Assembly (NCBI GenBank): GCA_964473825.1 | Contig: CAYYQL010000043.1 | Span: forward strand, 2,840-20,413 | Reading direction: 5' to 3' | DNA from: an uncultured archaeon | GTDB lineage: Archaea; Asgardarchaeota; Thorarchaeia; Thorarchaeales; Thorarchaeaceae | Length of the DNA: 17,574 nt | Shown: piece by piece, positions 1-8,896 of the stretch | Layout: each line of letters opens with the position of its first letter | How positions within the stretch are numbered: the stretch's first letter is position 1 | The notes under the pieces: model-generated | Told to the model about the DNA's origin: nothing | The model's database searches: none | Seen by the model: the letters and a program-made list of their open reading frames with translations, nothing else | Program-made: the position numbers and the translations under genes

Positions 1-2
1 AC

Positions 3-3000
3 GATCGAGATGCGGGAGATGCGCAGATAGCCGACTCCCTTGATAATGTGACTGTGGGTTCTCAGAGTTTCGACCAGCTAGAGTTTGAGTACGATACAAG
101 TGCGTGGACTGTCGGCGAATACCAGCGTACTCTGACAGTTTATCCCGACAATGACAAGTACTACTCTACGAGCATGCTTGTCAACTTCACAATCTTAGCA
201 CATGAGACCTCTGTCGTTGTGAATGCGGAAACCAACATTCCTTGGGGAGAGAACTCATCCTTCTCAGTTAGTTGGTATGACCGTGACGATGGCAATTCAT
301 TGATCTCAGGAAACCTGGAGAACATCACTGTTGACACACAGGCCTTCGACACTCGTACTTTCGATTTGGTGACAGACGACTGGAGCACTGGCACGTACAG
401 GTTGGACCTTGTGTTCTACTCTTCAAGTGTGAACTACATGCATGCAACGACGCAGGTCAATATCACAGTAAGGGCTCATCATACTGCAGTGTCTGTAAAA
501 GGCAGTCTGACTGTTCCTTATGGCAATGGCACCCCGATCACTGTTGTGTTCTGGGATACGGATTGGAATGTAGAGGTGCCAATATACAACGTGTCAACAG
601 ACGGAATCCTGTTCGACGCGGGTGCATATGGAACTGAAGCCTTCAATAACTATTCACCAACCCTCTCAACCGATACGTGGAGTGTAGGCGAGCACTCGGT
701 CACGCTCACAGTGACATCTCTGGGAGATGGCCTCTACTATGATAATGCAGTACATGGTTTCAGCGTCACAATACGGAGACTCGGAATCCGTGTGGTTCAC
801 GAACCCACTGACATGATCATCCCCTTCGGCGACGACTTCAACATCATCTTGAGGGTTAATGTTTCAGAGATTGGTAATCAATATGATGGAGACTCTGTGC
901 TGGGACTCGGCGTTTCCGATCTACTGGTCCAAAACTCCACGTACACATTCCCCTTTACTCTCGACGATCTTGGGGACGGACGATACAATCTGACTATAAG
1001 CAACTCTGAACTCACAGACGAGTCCTATAGAATCACTATCACAATCCGACGTTCTGGCCTTATCTACGGAAGCGACTACATCACAATCGAGTTCAGCTAC
1101 AGGGATGCCAGAAGTTATCTCTCATCTCCGAACTATCCGAGGGTGATTACACCATATGCGACTGATGTCACGATTAGTCTAAATTATACTGATGTTGACC
1201 GGGACATCGGCATAACCACAGGGACGGTTACTGCTGAGGGTATTGAAATCTACGATGAGGGCCATATTGGGAGCGGCGTGTATGAAGTCACGCTGAATGT
1301 GACGAATCTAGACCGCGGTGATTATGAATTCAATATAACAATCAGTGCACAGCAGTATGAGGATAAGACACTGTCCTTCATCCTGACAATACGAATTGTC
1401 TACACTTATGCGATTCCCTCGGTGGGGGCACTGGACATTCCCGTTGGTAATGATCCTGTATTCTACGTGGACTACTGGGACACCGACCACGACGTTCCCG
1501 TGGAAGATGCCATCTTGTATCACAACTGGAGTGGCACGGTCGACATCGTCTATTTACCAGGTGAAGAGCGCTATCAGCTAACTTTCATCACTGAAGACAC
1601 TGATCCGTTGGAGCAGAACAGGATAGTTGAGTTCAATTTCTCCAAGGGTCCGAACTATCAATTTGGAATCTTCACAATTACGGTGACAATCCGTACCCAC
1701 CAAACGGACTTTCGACTTGTCAGTGCGGTAGAGCCAACGAGCTATAATGGGATCATAAACATCTCCCTATTCTATGGTGATATAGACAACAATATCGGAA
1801 TCGACTCTTCGCTCGTGGCTCATCGAGCAGTCAACGAAAGCGGTTCCGGAGTTGAAGTATCGTCCAGTCTCGTCAACGAGGGCTTCGGGTATTACACCGT
1901 GCAGATACCAGCTACTCAATTTGGGGTACTTGGAACCCAGAACTTTTTGATATACTTCAACTGGACTGGAGATGTCTACAAGTACGAGAATAAGACCATC
2001 ACCGTGGGGGCAAACATCATCGGTGAGGACTCGGAGTACACTCTGCTGTTCTCATCTGAACCCACTCCCTACTTGAACAACATGAGTTACACATTCCTTT
2101 ACTCTGAGCTCTATAGCGGACAGGGAATCAGCAATGCGTCTGGAAATGTGTACATCTATGTTTCCTTCGAAGACGAATCAATTGACTTGAACAAGATTGA
2201 CATCTGGGAGGTCATGGATGCAAACAAGACACCGGGTGAATATGCCATCCAGTTCAACACGACGACCTTCGGTCGTACGGGACGCTTCTATATGACTGTG
2301 TACATCAACTGGTCTGCAGGAGAAGAGCCCTTCTACACCAACAGGACTGATACAATCTCGGTCAGAATCCTTCCACGCGATACCCTGGTATCCGTGGTTC
2401 CACCGACGCCGACGTCTCATGGTGAGAACGCAACTTTCTCGTTCACATTCGACGATGTGACTGGTGGGGAATCAGTACCGATTTCTGATGATCCCAGTCT
2501 CTCGATATCACTCAGTCTTGCGGATTACTCTATCACGTATGACTCAGAGACCAAGGAGTTCACCATATCGTTCGATACGAGCCAGTCGCCAGTCGGCGAT
2601 GAGCCACTAGGACAGAAATCGTTCATTTTGAATGTTACTTGGAACGGGGAACCCTACTATGCAAATCGGACTGGACGAACAATCTTTGTCAGTGTCACGG
2701 CTCGCCAGACCGTGGTAGATTACCAGTCCCCTGCACCGACACAGTATCTGGATAATGTGACCTTCTCAGTTGATTGGACAGATGTGACTGGTGTGACGGC
2801 AGTTGGTATTGAAACTGGGATCATTACACTATACGATGGTCTGACCGAGATTCCCGCCAGCTTCTACCATGTGGACAACCTAGGGGAGGGTGCTTACAGC
2901 GTAGAACTCACCACGACCTACTACCCTGAACCTGGAACGTATGATGTCACTGTGGGACTCCACACTGATGAGTTCTATATACTTGATGTGAACACCACAC

Positions 3001-6000
3001 GGCAGTTCTCTGTCAGATATCGAGTAACACTGTTGTCAGCTGAACCTGTTGGTAAGAGCCCGTACAACTCATCAATTGAAGTTATTCTCAACTTCCAAGA
3101 CCTTCTCACTCTGGATAACATCGCTAACAACTCAGACGTCACTTTTGCAATAATGGATGGTTCAAGCTGGACCTACACAATAGAATGGAAACCTGCCTTC
3201 GGGTACTACCTTCTTGTGCTGGATACCTACAATCATCCTGAGCTTGAAGTGGGTGTGCCCTTCGTTCTCCAGTTCAATATGAGTTATGACTATCAGGATC
3301 CCTACTACCGTTGGGATGACACTTACGTTTCGTTCGAGATGAGAACTAGGAAATCGTCCCTCGAACTCGAAGAGGCACCCCTGCCAACTGCTTATCTGGA
3401 CTATGTCGACTTCACGGTCTTCTATAGGGATGTTGATGGCACAGGAGGAATATCGAGTGCCACAGTGTCAATCTACAAGGGCATGACTGAGCTTCAGGCG
3501 GGCATCGACTACTCAGCTATCGAAGTATCAGCTGGCCTTTGGAGTGTTTCTGTTAACACCACCGCATTGGACGGTCTTGGGATAACCGAAGTACAAGTGA
3601 GAGCAAACTGGTCAAATACCTCACCCCATCATGACAACGCAACACTCACTGTGAGCCTTCGTACGATTAGACGTCAGACCAATGTGGAAGTGATCAGTCC
3701 ACCCGGACAGACGCCATATCTAGAGAACGTCACTTTCACGTTCAGCTTCACGGACATCGGTACTGGAAATCCCATCACCGGAATCACAGTAGACCAAATC
3801 ATCGTGTATAACGATTTGACCGCTCTTGTACCAGGTGAATACGTACTCAGCATTGTGGGGAGTTCCTATGAGATTCAGGTGAGCTCTACAGTGATTGATG
3901 CACAGCTTGTGACAAATAGAAACCTGACGATTGTTGTTGACTGGGACGACGGAATGGTCCCCTATTATGAGGATGATCAGACTTCAATCAAGGTAACAAC
4001 CGTGAAACGGACAGTTCTGGTGTCGGTCGGTCAGATATTGGATACGCCACTGGGCGACTTGATGAATATATCATTCACTTACAGCGATCAGGAGACTGGC
4101 AATGGGATTGAGGGAGCGATAGTGCTCTTCAGTTGTGCGGAGGTTTCTGACCTGGTAGAGAACACTGACTACTGGGTCACCAATGGCACTGGAGCAGAGG
4201 CAGGCCAATACCTCATCTCGCTAGATACTGATGCTCTGGGCGGTATCAGTGCTTTCACTTTCTATTTGGACATCCACTGGGATCCAGCACAGCAGCCTTA
4301 TTACCGAAATGCGACGACATTCGAGGTTCGCGGTTCCACACGGCTTATACAGACTTCTCTGAGTAATGATGCGCCTTCGCCCGGAACAGTCCCTCTCAAT
4401 GATGAGGTGTCAGTCATCGTCACCTTCAATGATGTTGACCATGGCGAACTCGTAGATGGCGCAGGAGCGGCCATCTCAGTGATATACAAGAGCAGTGGCT
4501 TGGAGCCAGCTGACTGGAGCTATGATCCCTTGGGGAGCGGCCAGTACAACATCACTGTTGATACTGATGATGCAGGAGGTGCGGGAACCAAGGCAATCGT
4601 GATACGGATAGATTACTACCCATACTTGCCTCTTGAGGTGCAGGTGACCTTCCAGATACGCTTGCGAGTTGGAGTCGTATCCATCGAGTATTTGCCAGAT
4701 GCAATCTACGCTGGAGATTCAACGTACGTCATCCTCAACCTCACTGATGCCGATGCAAATAGTGCGCTCGTAAAGGATGCTATTCTTAGCCTGACTTGGC
4801 CGGACTCAACGAAGAGCTGGGATGATCTTGGGAATGGACGCTACAACATCTCGCTGGGAACATCAGAACTCAACTATGGCCTCAGGCGTCTGACCGTGGA
4901 AACATCGTTACAGAACTACACGGTCCAGACCGTATCATTTGATCTGGACCTGCTTGCTGTCACAACCGATTTTCTATCATCTTCTGATTTCTACGAGTTG
5001 TACTTCATGGATTTGCAGACCTTCTCAGTCTACCTGAACGATACTGTTCATGACACTCCGATATCAGGCGCTGATGTAGACTGGAGAGCAACCTCCTCGG
5101 TCCTTGGTTCCATGACCGAGACTACACCTGGAAACTATTCCTACACGCTTGATACGTCATTGCTCAGCGCTACGACAGTTGTCGTTAGAATCACGGCACA
5201 GAAACCAAACTACGTGACAGTATCTGTGCAGATCACTCTGAGCATCTTGCCACTTCCTGTGGAGATTGTACCGGTAGATGGCCAGTTCGTCTTCTCATTG
5301 ACCAGAGGTGAAAGTGTACATGTCGATGTTTGGCTCAATGAAACCGTAAATGGTGCCCTTGTCGACGGTGCTGAAGTGACTGTTTCCTGGGACTTCAACA
5401 CAACTCAGCTGACTGGTGTCGGCCCCGGTAGATACGAAGTATTTCTGAATACCGACGAAACTGAGGTCAAGTCCTATACGATCTCAATAACAGGTCTTAA
5501 GCAGAACTATCTGGTGGCTCCAACTACACTCACTGTATCCGTCAGACAGACGATGACGGTTGTGCAATTCTCATCAAGCAGCCAGGCAAACTACAGCTCT
5601 ACTATCGCCTCGTTCTTCTGGAGCGAGGTACCCTATATCGAGGTCTATGTGTTTGCTCCATATCTCTCAGAAGCAGACGCAAACAGATCTGATGCCATTG
5701 TATCGTGGAGCCTCATAGCCGAAGGAGCATCTGATGGTGGCTTCATGCAGAACGGCAGTGCCACTCTAGCAGGGATGTACTATCTCTACCTCAATACATC
5801 AGAATTCGATGCTAACACATACACACTAAGGGTATCTGCTGACGTGATGAGTCCCGCTTACACCGACAACAGCACTGCCACCACGATGACGATTCGAAAC
5901 ATACGAACAGCGGTCGAAGTGCCCGATATTGAGCCGGTCTATTGGGGGAACAGCTCGTGGTACTACTTCAGCTATTTCGATACAGATCGAGATCTCCCTG

Positions 6001-6880
6001 TTGAGGGCGGCTCTGTCACGTATACATGGGCAGATCTGGAGTACGATGCCGTCTATGTGGGAGAAGGAGTATACGGAATCTTCATCGATACTCACGAAGT
6101 GCTTCCCAGTCCTACTCGATACCCAATAGTGGTCGCCTTCGGGAAACAGAACTTCGACAGTCAGCAGAGAACAACATACCTCCGCGTGAATGAGATTCCA
6201 ACCGAACTTGTTCCCTATGCATCTGATGTGAACAGGGTAGATGATAGTTCCTCCCGCCTCCAAGTTCCCTATGGCGACGAACTTACTGTATACATCTACT
6301 ACAACGTAACCGCTTATCCGTATGAAACACCATATATAGGTGGGATTGCTGATGCAACGAGATGGGCTCAATTCACTGAACCTTTTGACGACCTGAATCT
6401 GACAGATCTGGGCGGAGGAAACTACAGCTTCACCTTCACCACAACTGACTATGATATACGCGATGACGCCTACAGGATTACCGTTGATATGCGTCAGGAT
6501 AATAGAACCAGAGCGAGCATTTCTATCTCGATTTTTGTGATAAGCGTTCCAACCACCGCACAAGCCTCCCTCCCGACCACGACCGTTCAGATGTACTATG
6601 GAGATACAATGGACTTCACGGTGACTTATTCTGACACATGGCCAGGGCACGACTTTGAGAGCATCGATGAAGCAATCATCTCAATTGGCTCTGACAATCC
6701 GGATCTTGTGAATATCACCTACTTGGGTCCTGTTACAGGCCAACCTGGAACCTACAGATTCAGGATAACAATAAGCCGAGGCATTCTACCCAATGTCAAC
6801 CAGCAGGTGGCCAGTGTAAACATCACTCTCAGCAGAGAAAACTACAATCCTCACTCCATATCTTTGACTGTCAGAATGGG
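3..6880 (+). repeat. Protein-level tandem repeat array (~22 units of ~105 aa)
   Basis: Inter-domain linkers recur: ILAHETSV, VRAHHTAV, IRRLGIRV, YRDARSYL, IRIVYTYA, IRTHQTDF, IIGEDSEY, ILPRDTLV, VTARQTVV, VRYRVTLL, MRTRKSSL, TIRRQTNV, TVKRTVLV, TRLIQTSL, IRLRVGVV, LLAVTTDF, ILPLPVEI, VRQTMTVV, IRNIRTAV, VNEIPTEL, VISVPTTA. The units are highly diverged, with no obvious DNA-level identity. Confidence 0.8.
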
Positions 6881-7730
6881 CCCAAGTCCCGAGGACCAGA
6901 CTCTGTCAAGCGCCATCAACCTGGGTATGCCATTGGCAATTCTTGTTCTTCTCATAGGAGTTCTATGGGTCCGAGTCTTCAGCGTACCCAAGAAGCTCCG
7001 CAAGCTGAACGGGCAAATCAAGACATTACGTAAGGGGAACATTCCCAAGCCGTTGGATGACGCGAAGGACCGGAAAGAGATTGTTGCACAGCTCTTCAAT
7101 GACACATATGCCCAGTACAATGAGAAGCTTGAGGAGGGCCGTCGCATCACTCGCAAACCCGATGAGATGCCTCCCGAGGCAGTTGAGGTAGACATACCTG
7201 AGATGGGCGAGCTGCTGGTGCAGCTATCAATCCTTACCCGATTGAGTCCTGAAGAGCTAGACGAGTTCAAGGGAGACATTGCAAAGATGCGTCTGAGTGA
7301 ACAGGCCAACTTCGTGAAAGAAGTCATCCACCAGGAGGCCATCAGGGCAGCTAGGCGCGAGAACAAGACTGTCGAGGAGATCATTGACGACGTTCAGCAG
7401 CAAGCGAAGCGGAGGCTGGGTGAGTTTGAGGGCGAGGTTCCTGAAACCGTGAGTCGCCGCATACCTGACGAAGATCTTGTCATTCTTGAGGAGACTCGAG
7501 AGCCCCCCAAGCGTGAGACAGAGGAACTACTCAGGAAGGAGCGACTCGAAGAGGTAAAGGACTCTGAACTACCCGCCGACAGACTCAGTCCCTTTGAGAT
7601 TGAGGATCTCAAGAAGAAACTTGAATCACTCGGCGTGCCCCCGCATGAGATTGACACAATCCTAGAGCAGGCGAAGCATCTCTCACGAGAAGATGTTGAA
7701 GAACTGGTTCGTAGTCTTGGTGGAGAGTAG
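3..7730 (+). CDS. Giant single-pass cell-surface glycoprotein with tandem Ig-like beta-sandwich repeats and cytoplasmic C-terminal domain (5'-truncated by window)
   Basis: The frame is open from base 3 (DRDAGDAQIADSLDNVTV...), so GTG48 is not the true start. It contains about 22 degenerate ~90-120 aa Thr/Val/Tyr/Asp-rich repeats with recurring YxDxD and GxGxYxhxhxT motifs, many N-x-S/T sequons, a hydrophobic helix LGMPLAILVLLIGVLWV at 6921-6971 followed by a basic stop-transfer segment, and a charged helical tail. Confidence 0.88.
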   Translation, partial: DRDAGDAQIADSLDNVTVGSQSFDQLEFEYDTSAWTVGEYQRTLTVYPDNDKYYSTSMLVNFTILAHETSVVVNAETNIPWGENSSFSVSWYDRDDGNSLISGNLENITVDTQAFDTRTFDLVTDDWSTGTYRLDLVFYSSSVNYMHATTQVNITVRAHHTAVSVKGSLTVPYGNGTPITVVFWDTDWNVEVPIYNVSTDGILFDAGAYGTEAFNNYSPTLSTDTWSVGEHSVTLTVTSLGDGLYYDNAVHGFSVTIRRLGIRVVHEPTDMIIPFGDDFNIILRVNVSEIGNQYDGDSVLGLGVSDLLVQNSTYTFPFTLDDLGDGRYNLTISNSELTDESYRITITIRRSGLIYGSDYITIEFSYRDARSYLSSPNYPRVITPYATDVTISLNYTDVDRDIGITTGTVTAEGIEIYDEGHIGSGVYEVTLNVTNLDRGDYEFNITISAQQYEDKTLSFILTIRIVYTYAIPSVGALDIPVGNDPVFYVDYWDTDHDVPVEDAILYHNWSGTVDIVYLPGEERYQLTFITEDTDPLEQNRIVEFNFSKGPNYQFGIFTITVTIRTHQTDFRLVSAVEPTSYNGIINISLFYGDIDNNIGIDSSLVAHRAVNESGSGVEVSSSLVNEGFGYYTVQIPATQFGVLGTQNFLIYFNWTGDVYKYENKTITVGANIIGEDSEYTLLFSSEPTPYLNNMSYTFLYSELYSGQGISNASGNVYIYVSFEDESIDLNKIDIWEVMDANKTPGEYAIQFNTTTFGRTGRFYMTVYINWSAGEEPFYTNRTDTISVRILPRDTLVSVVPPTPTSHGENATFSFTFDDVTGGESVPISDDPSLSISLSLADYSITYDSETKEFTISFDTSQSPVGDEPLGQKSFILNVTWNGEPYYANRTGRTIFVSVTARQTVVDYQSPAPTQYLDNVTFSVDWTDVTGVTAVGIETGIITLYDGLTEIPASFYHVDNLGEGAYSVELTTTYYPEPGTYDVTVGLHTDEFYILDVNTTRQFSVRYRVTLLSAEPVGKSPYNSSIEVILNFQDLLTLDNIANNSDVTFAIMDGSSWTYTIEWKPAFGYYLLVLDTYNHPELEVGVPFVLQFNMSYDYQDPYYRWDDTYVSFEMRTRKSSLELEEAPLPTAYLDYVDFTVFYRDVDGTGGISSATVSIYKGMTELQAGIDYSAIEVSAGLWSVSVNTTALDGLGITEVQVRANWSNTSPHHDNATLTVSLRTIRRQTNVEVISPPGQTPYLENVTFTFSFTDIGTGNPITGITVDQIIVYNDLTALVPGEYVLSIVGSSYEIQVSSTVIDAQLVTNRNLTIVVDWDDGMVPYYEDDQTSIKVTTVKRTVLVSVGQILDTPLGDLMNISFTYSDQETGNGIEGAIVLFSCAEVSDLVENTDYWVTNGTGAEAGQYLISLDTDALGGISAFTFYLDIHWDPAQQPYYRNATTFEVRGSTRLIQTSLSNDAPSPGTVPLNDEVSVIVTFNDVDHGELVDGAGAAISVIYKSSGLEPADWSYDPLGSGQYNITVDTDDAGGAGTKAIVIRIDYYPYLPLEVQVTFQIRLRVGVVSIEYLPDAIYAGDSTYVILNLTDADANSALVKDAILSLTWPDSTKSWDDLGNGRYNISLGTSELNYGLRRLTVETSLQNYTVQTVSFDLDLLAVTTDFLSSSDFYELYFMDLQTFSVYLNDTVHDTPISGADVDWRATSSVLGSMTETTPGNYSYTLDTSLLSATTVVVRITAQKPNYVTVSVQITLSILPLPVEIVPVDGQFVFSLTRGESVHVDVWLNETVNGALVDGAEVTVSWDFNTTQLTGVGPGRYEVFLNTDETEVKSYTISITGLKQNYLVAPTTLTVSVRQTMTVVQFSSSSQANYSSTIASFFWSEVPYIEVYVFAPYLSEADANRSDAIVSWSLIAEGASDGGFMQNGSATLAGMYYLYLNTSEFDANTYTLRVSADVMSPAYTDNSTATTMTIRNIRTAVEVPDIEPVYWGNSSWYYFSYFDTDRDLPVEGGSVTYTWADLEYDAVYVGEGVYGIFIDTHEVLPSPTRYPIVVAFGKQNFDSQQRTTYLRVNEIPTELVPYASDVNRVDDSSSRLQVPYGDELTVYIYYNVTAYPYETPYIGGIADATRWAQFTEPFDDLNLTDLGGGNYSFTFTTTDYDIRDDAYRITVDMRQDNRTRASISISIFVISVPTTAQASLPTTTVQMYYGDTMDFTVTYSDTWPGHDFESIDEAIISIGSDNPDLVNITYLGPVTGQPGTYRFRITISRGILPNVNQQVASVNITLSRENYNPHSISLTVRMGPSPEDQTLSSAINLGMPLAILVLLIGVLWVRVFSVPKKLRKLNGQIKTLRKGNIPKPLDDAKDRKEIVAQLFNDTYAQYNEKLEEGRRITRKPDEMPPEAVEVDIPEMGELLVQLSILTRLSPEELDEFKGDIAKMRLSEQANFVKEVIHQEAIRAARRENKTVEEIIDDVQQQAKRRLGEFEGEVPETVSRRIPDEDLVILEETREPPKRETEELLRKERLEEVKDSELPADRLSPFEIEDLKKKLESLGVPPHEIDTILEQAKHLSREDVEELVRSLGGE

Positions 7731-7755
7731 CCGGAGCGTTATCAGCTCGGTTACT
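7726..7755. terminator. Hairpin between convergent genes, overlapping both stop codons
   Basis: AGTAGCC-G-GAGC-gttatca-GCTC-GGTTACT forms an 11-bp stem with one G-U pair, a 1-nt bulge and a 7-nt loop. Confidence 0.45.
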
Positions 7756-8515
7756 ACTCCTCCGCTCTGATGAAATGAGAGAGCGGCAGTGTTGTACCAA
7801 AATCTCGCCGCTTTGCTCTGGAGGTTTGCCTGATTGGATATTGGGGGTGCTTGGTGAGTATGTACTTGAAGTAGGACTTGCTCTCTGTCACATTGACATG
7901 AATCTGTGCACAGCTGGAGAGAGTCTTACCTCCTGCTGGAAACTTGGAGTTTCTCGATGAGGCTGGGGCTGTCACTATGGTGAATAGATTGTGACTCAGA
8001 GTGAAGGTCATCAGCTTGCTTGCCATGTGAGAGATCTGCTGCATTGCATCTCCTGATAGTCCTTCAGAGATGTAGAGATCTGGAAGTCCGGAAACAATGA
8101 GTAATCTTGCTGGAATGCGGTCTAAGAAATTCTCTAGTTGGTTCATTACGAGGTCATAGGTCTGTGACGAGTTGAATGCTCTAGAGATATAGATATGATC
8201 CATGACCTCTTCGGGTTTCAGCTCGACATCGAATGCAAAGTCTGCGATTTTCTCCATTTTGATTATGTTTGCACTGTCGATCATGACCGTTGGGCTGTCC
8301 ATTCCTCCTGACTCCTTGGATAGCTGTACATTGACTGCGGCGCGGATAATATCACTATGAAGCGAACGGTCGCCATAGAAGAGATGCATCAATCCCTTCT
8401 CCAATCCGCCGCCTAGTAGGGTGTCTATCGCTTTTGTACCCGTACTGACCTGTTCTCTCTTCATTTGGTCGGCTGTGGCGAATCCCAGTCTTAGGTCTGA
8501 TTTCAGCTTCTTCAT
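7754..8515 (-). CDS. RadA/Rad51-family paralog, predicted ATPase-inactive, lacking N-terminal HhH domain
   Basis: RadA hallmarks are GFATA, STGTKAIDTLLGGGLE, VQLSKESGG, hIDS, IYISRAFNS and PAGGKTL. Walker A reads YGDRSLHSD (no GKT) and Walker B reads LLIVSG (no Asp). Confidence 0.88.
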   Translation of the reverse strand: MKKLKSDLRLGFATADQMKREQVSTGTKAIDTLLGGGLEKGLMHLFYGDRSLHSDIIRAAVNVQLSKESGGMDSPTVMIDSANIIKMEKIADFAFDVELKPEEVMDHIYISRAFNSSQTYDLVMNQLENFLDRIPARLLIVSGLPDLYISEGLSGDAMQQISHMASKLMTFTLSHNLFTIVTAPASSRNSKFPAGGKTLSSCAQIHVNVTESKSYFKYILTKHPQYPIRQTSRAKRRDFGTTLPLSHFIRAEE

Positions 8516-8625
8516 TCCACCATGATGTTGGCTTTATGAAGTAATAATCCCCACCGAAAAGTGTGCATCCGACACTTAGTTTAATAGTCCCCCTTTCATA
8601 CCTTTATTGGCCGGGAGAAATTCAA

Positions 8626-8817
8626 GTGACGCAGAAAATCCGAGTCTGTCCTCGTTGTGGAAGCGCCAAGATATCCGAAGCAAAGAGCTCTGTTGGTGGG
8701 TGGCTGGTACCTTCCTCGTATTGTTGTCAGGAATGCGACTATGTAGGTCAGGTGTTCGTTGAAATCGAGATTTCAGATCTGAAGAAGCTTCAACAAGCCA
8801 TCAAGGGCGAGGCATAG
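8626..8817 (+). CDS. Small Zn-ribbon protein (~63 aa)
   Basis: CPRCGS...CQECDY pair of Cys knuckles. The likely start is GTG 8626 (in frame with the 8563 ORF), preceded by GGGAG at 8613-8617 and TTTAATA at ~8580-8586. Confidence 0.75.
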   Translation: MTQKIRVCPRCGSAKISEAKSSVGGWLVPSSYCCQECDYVGQVFVEIEISDLKKLQQAIKGEA

Positions 8818-8843
8818 CTCATTTTCGCTTCATATGCCCTCAA

Positions 8844-8888
8844 GAGTAAATCACTTAAGTACTTTCTAATCATCAACCAGTTTAGGTG
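8844..8888 (+). promoter_or_regulatory. Putative BRE/TATA and Shine-Dalgarno of the gcvH-like gene
   Basis: Purine-rich GAGTAAA, then TTAAGTA (8855-8861), then AGGTG (8884-8888) 8 nt before ATG 8897. Confidence 0.4.
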
Positions 8889-8896
8889 TCGCAATC

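Noticed and set aside
48-50. GTG 48 as start of the giant protein
   Set aside because: The frame is open to the window edge, the upstream residues continue the repeat pattern, and no signal peptide follows.
5826-7657. Long antisense ORFs (5826-6650, 6851-7384, 7394-7657) and other shadow ORFs in the track
   Set aside because: They lie wholly opposite or inside well-supported genes, show no recognisable motifs, and their composition is explained by the sense-strand codons.
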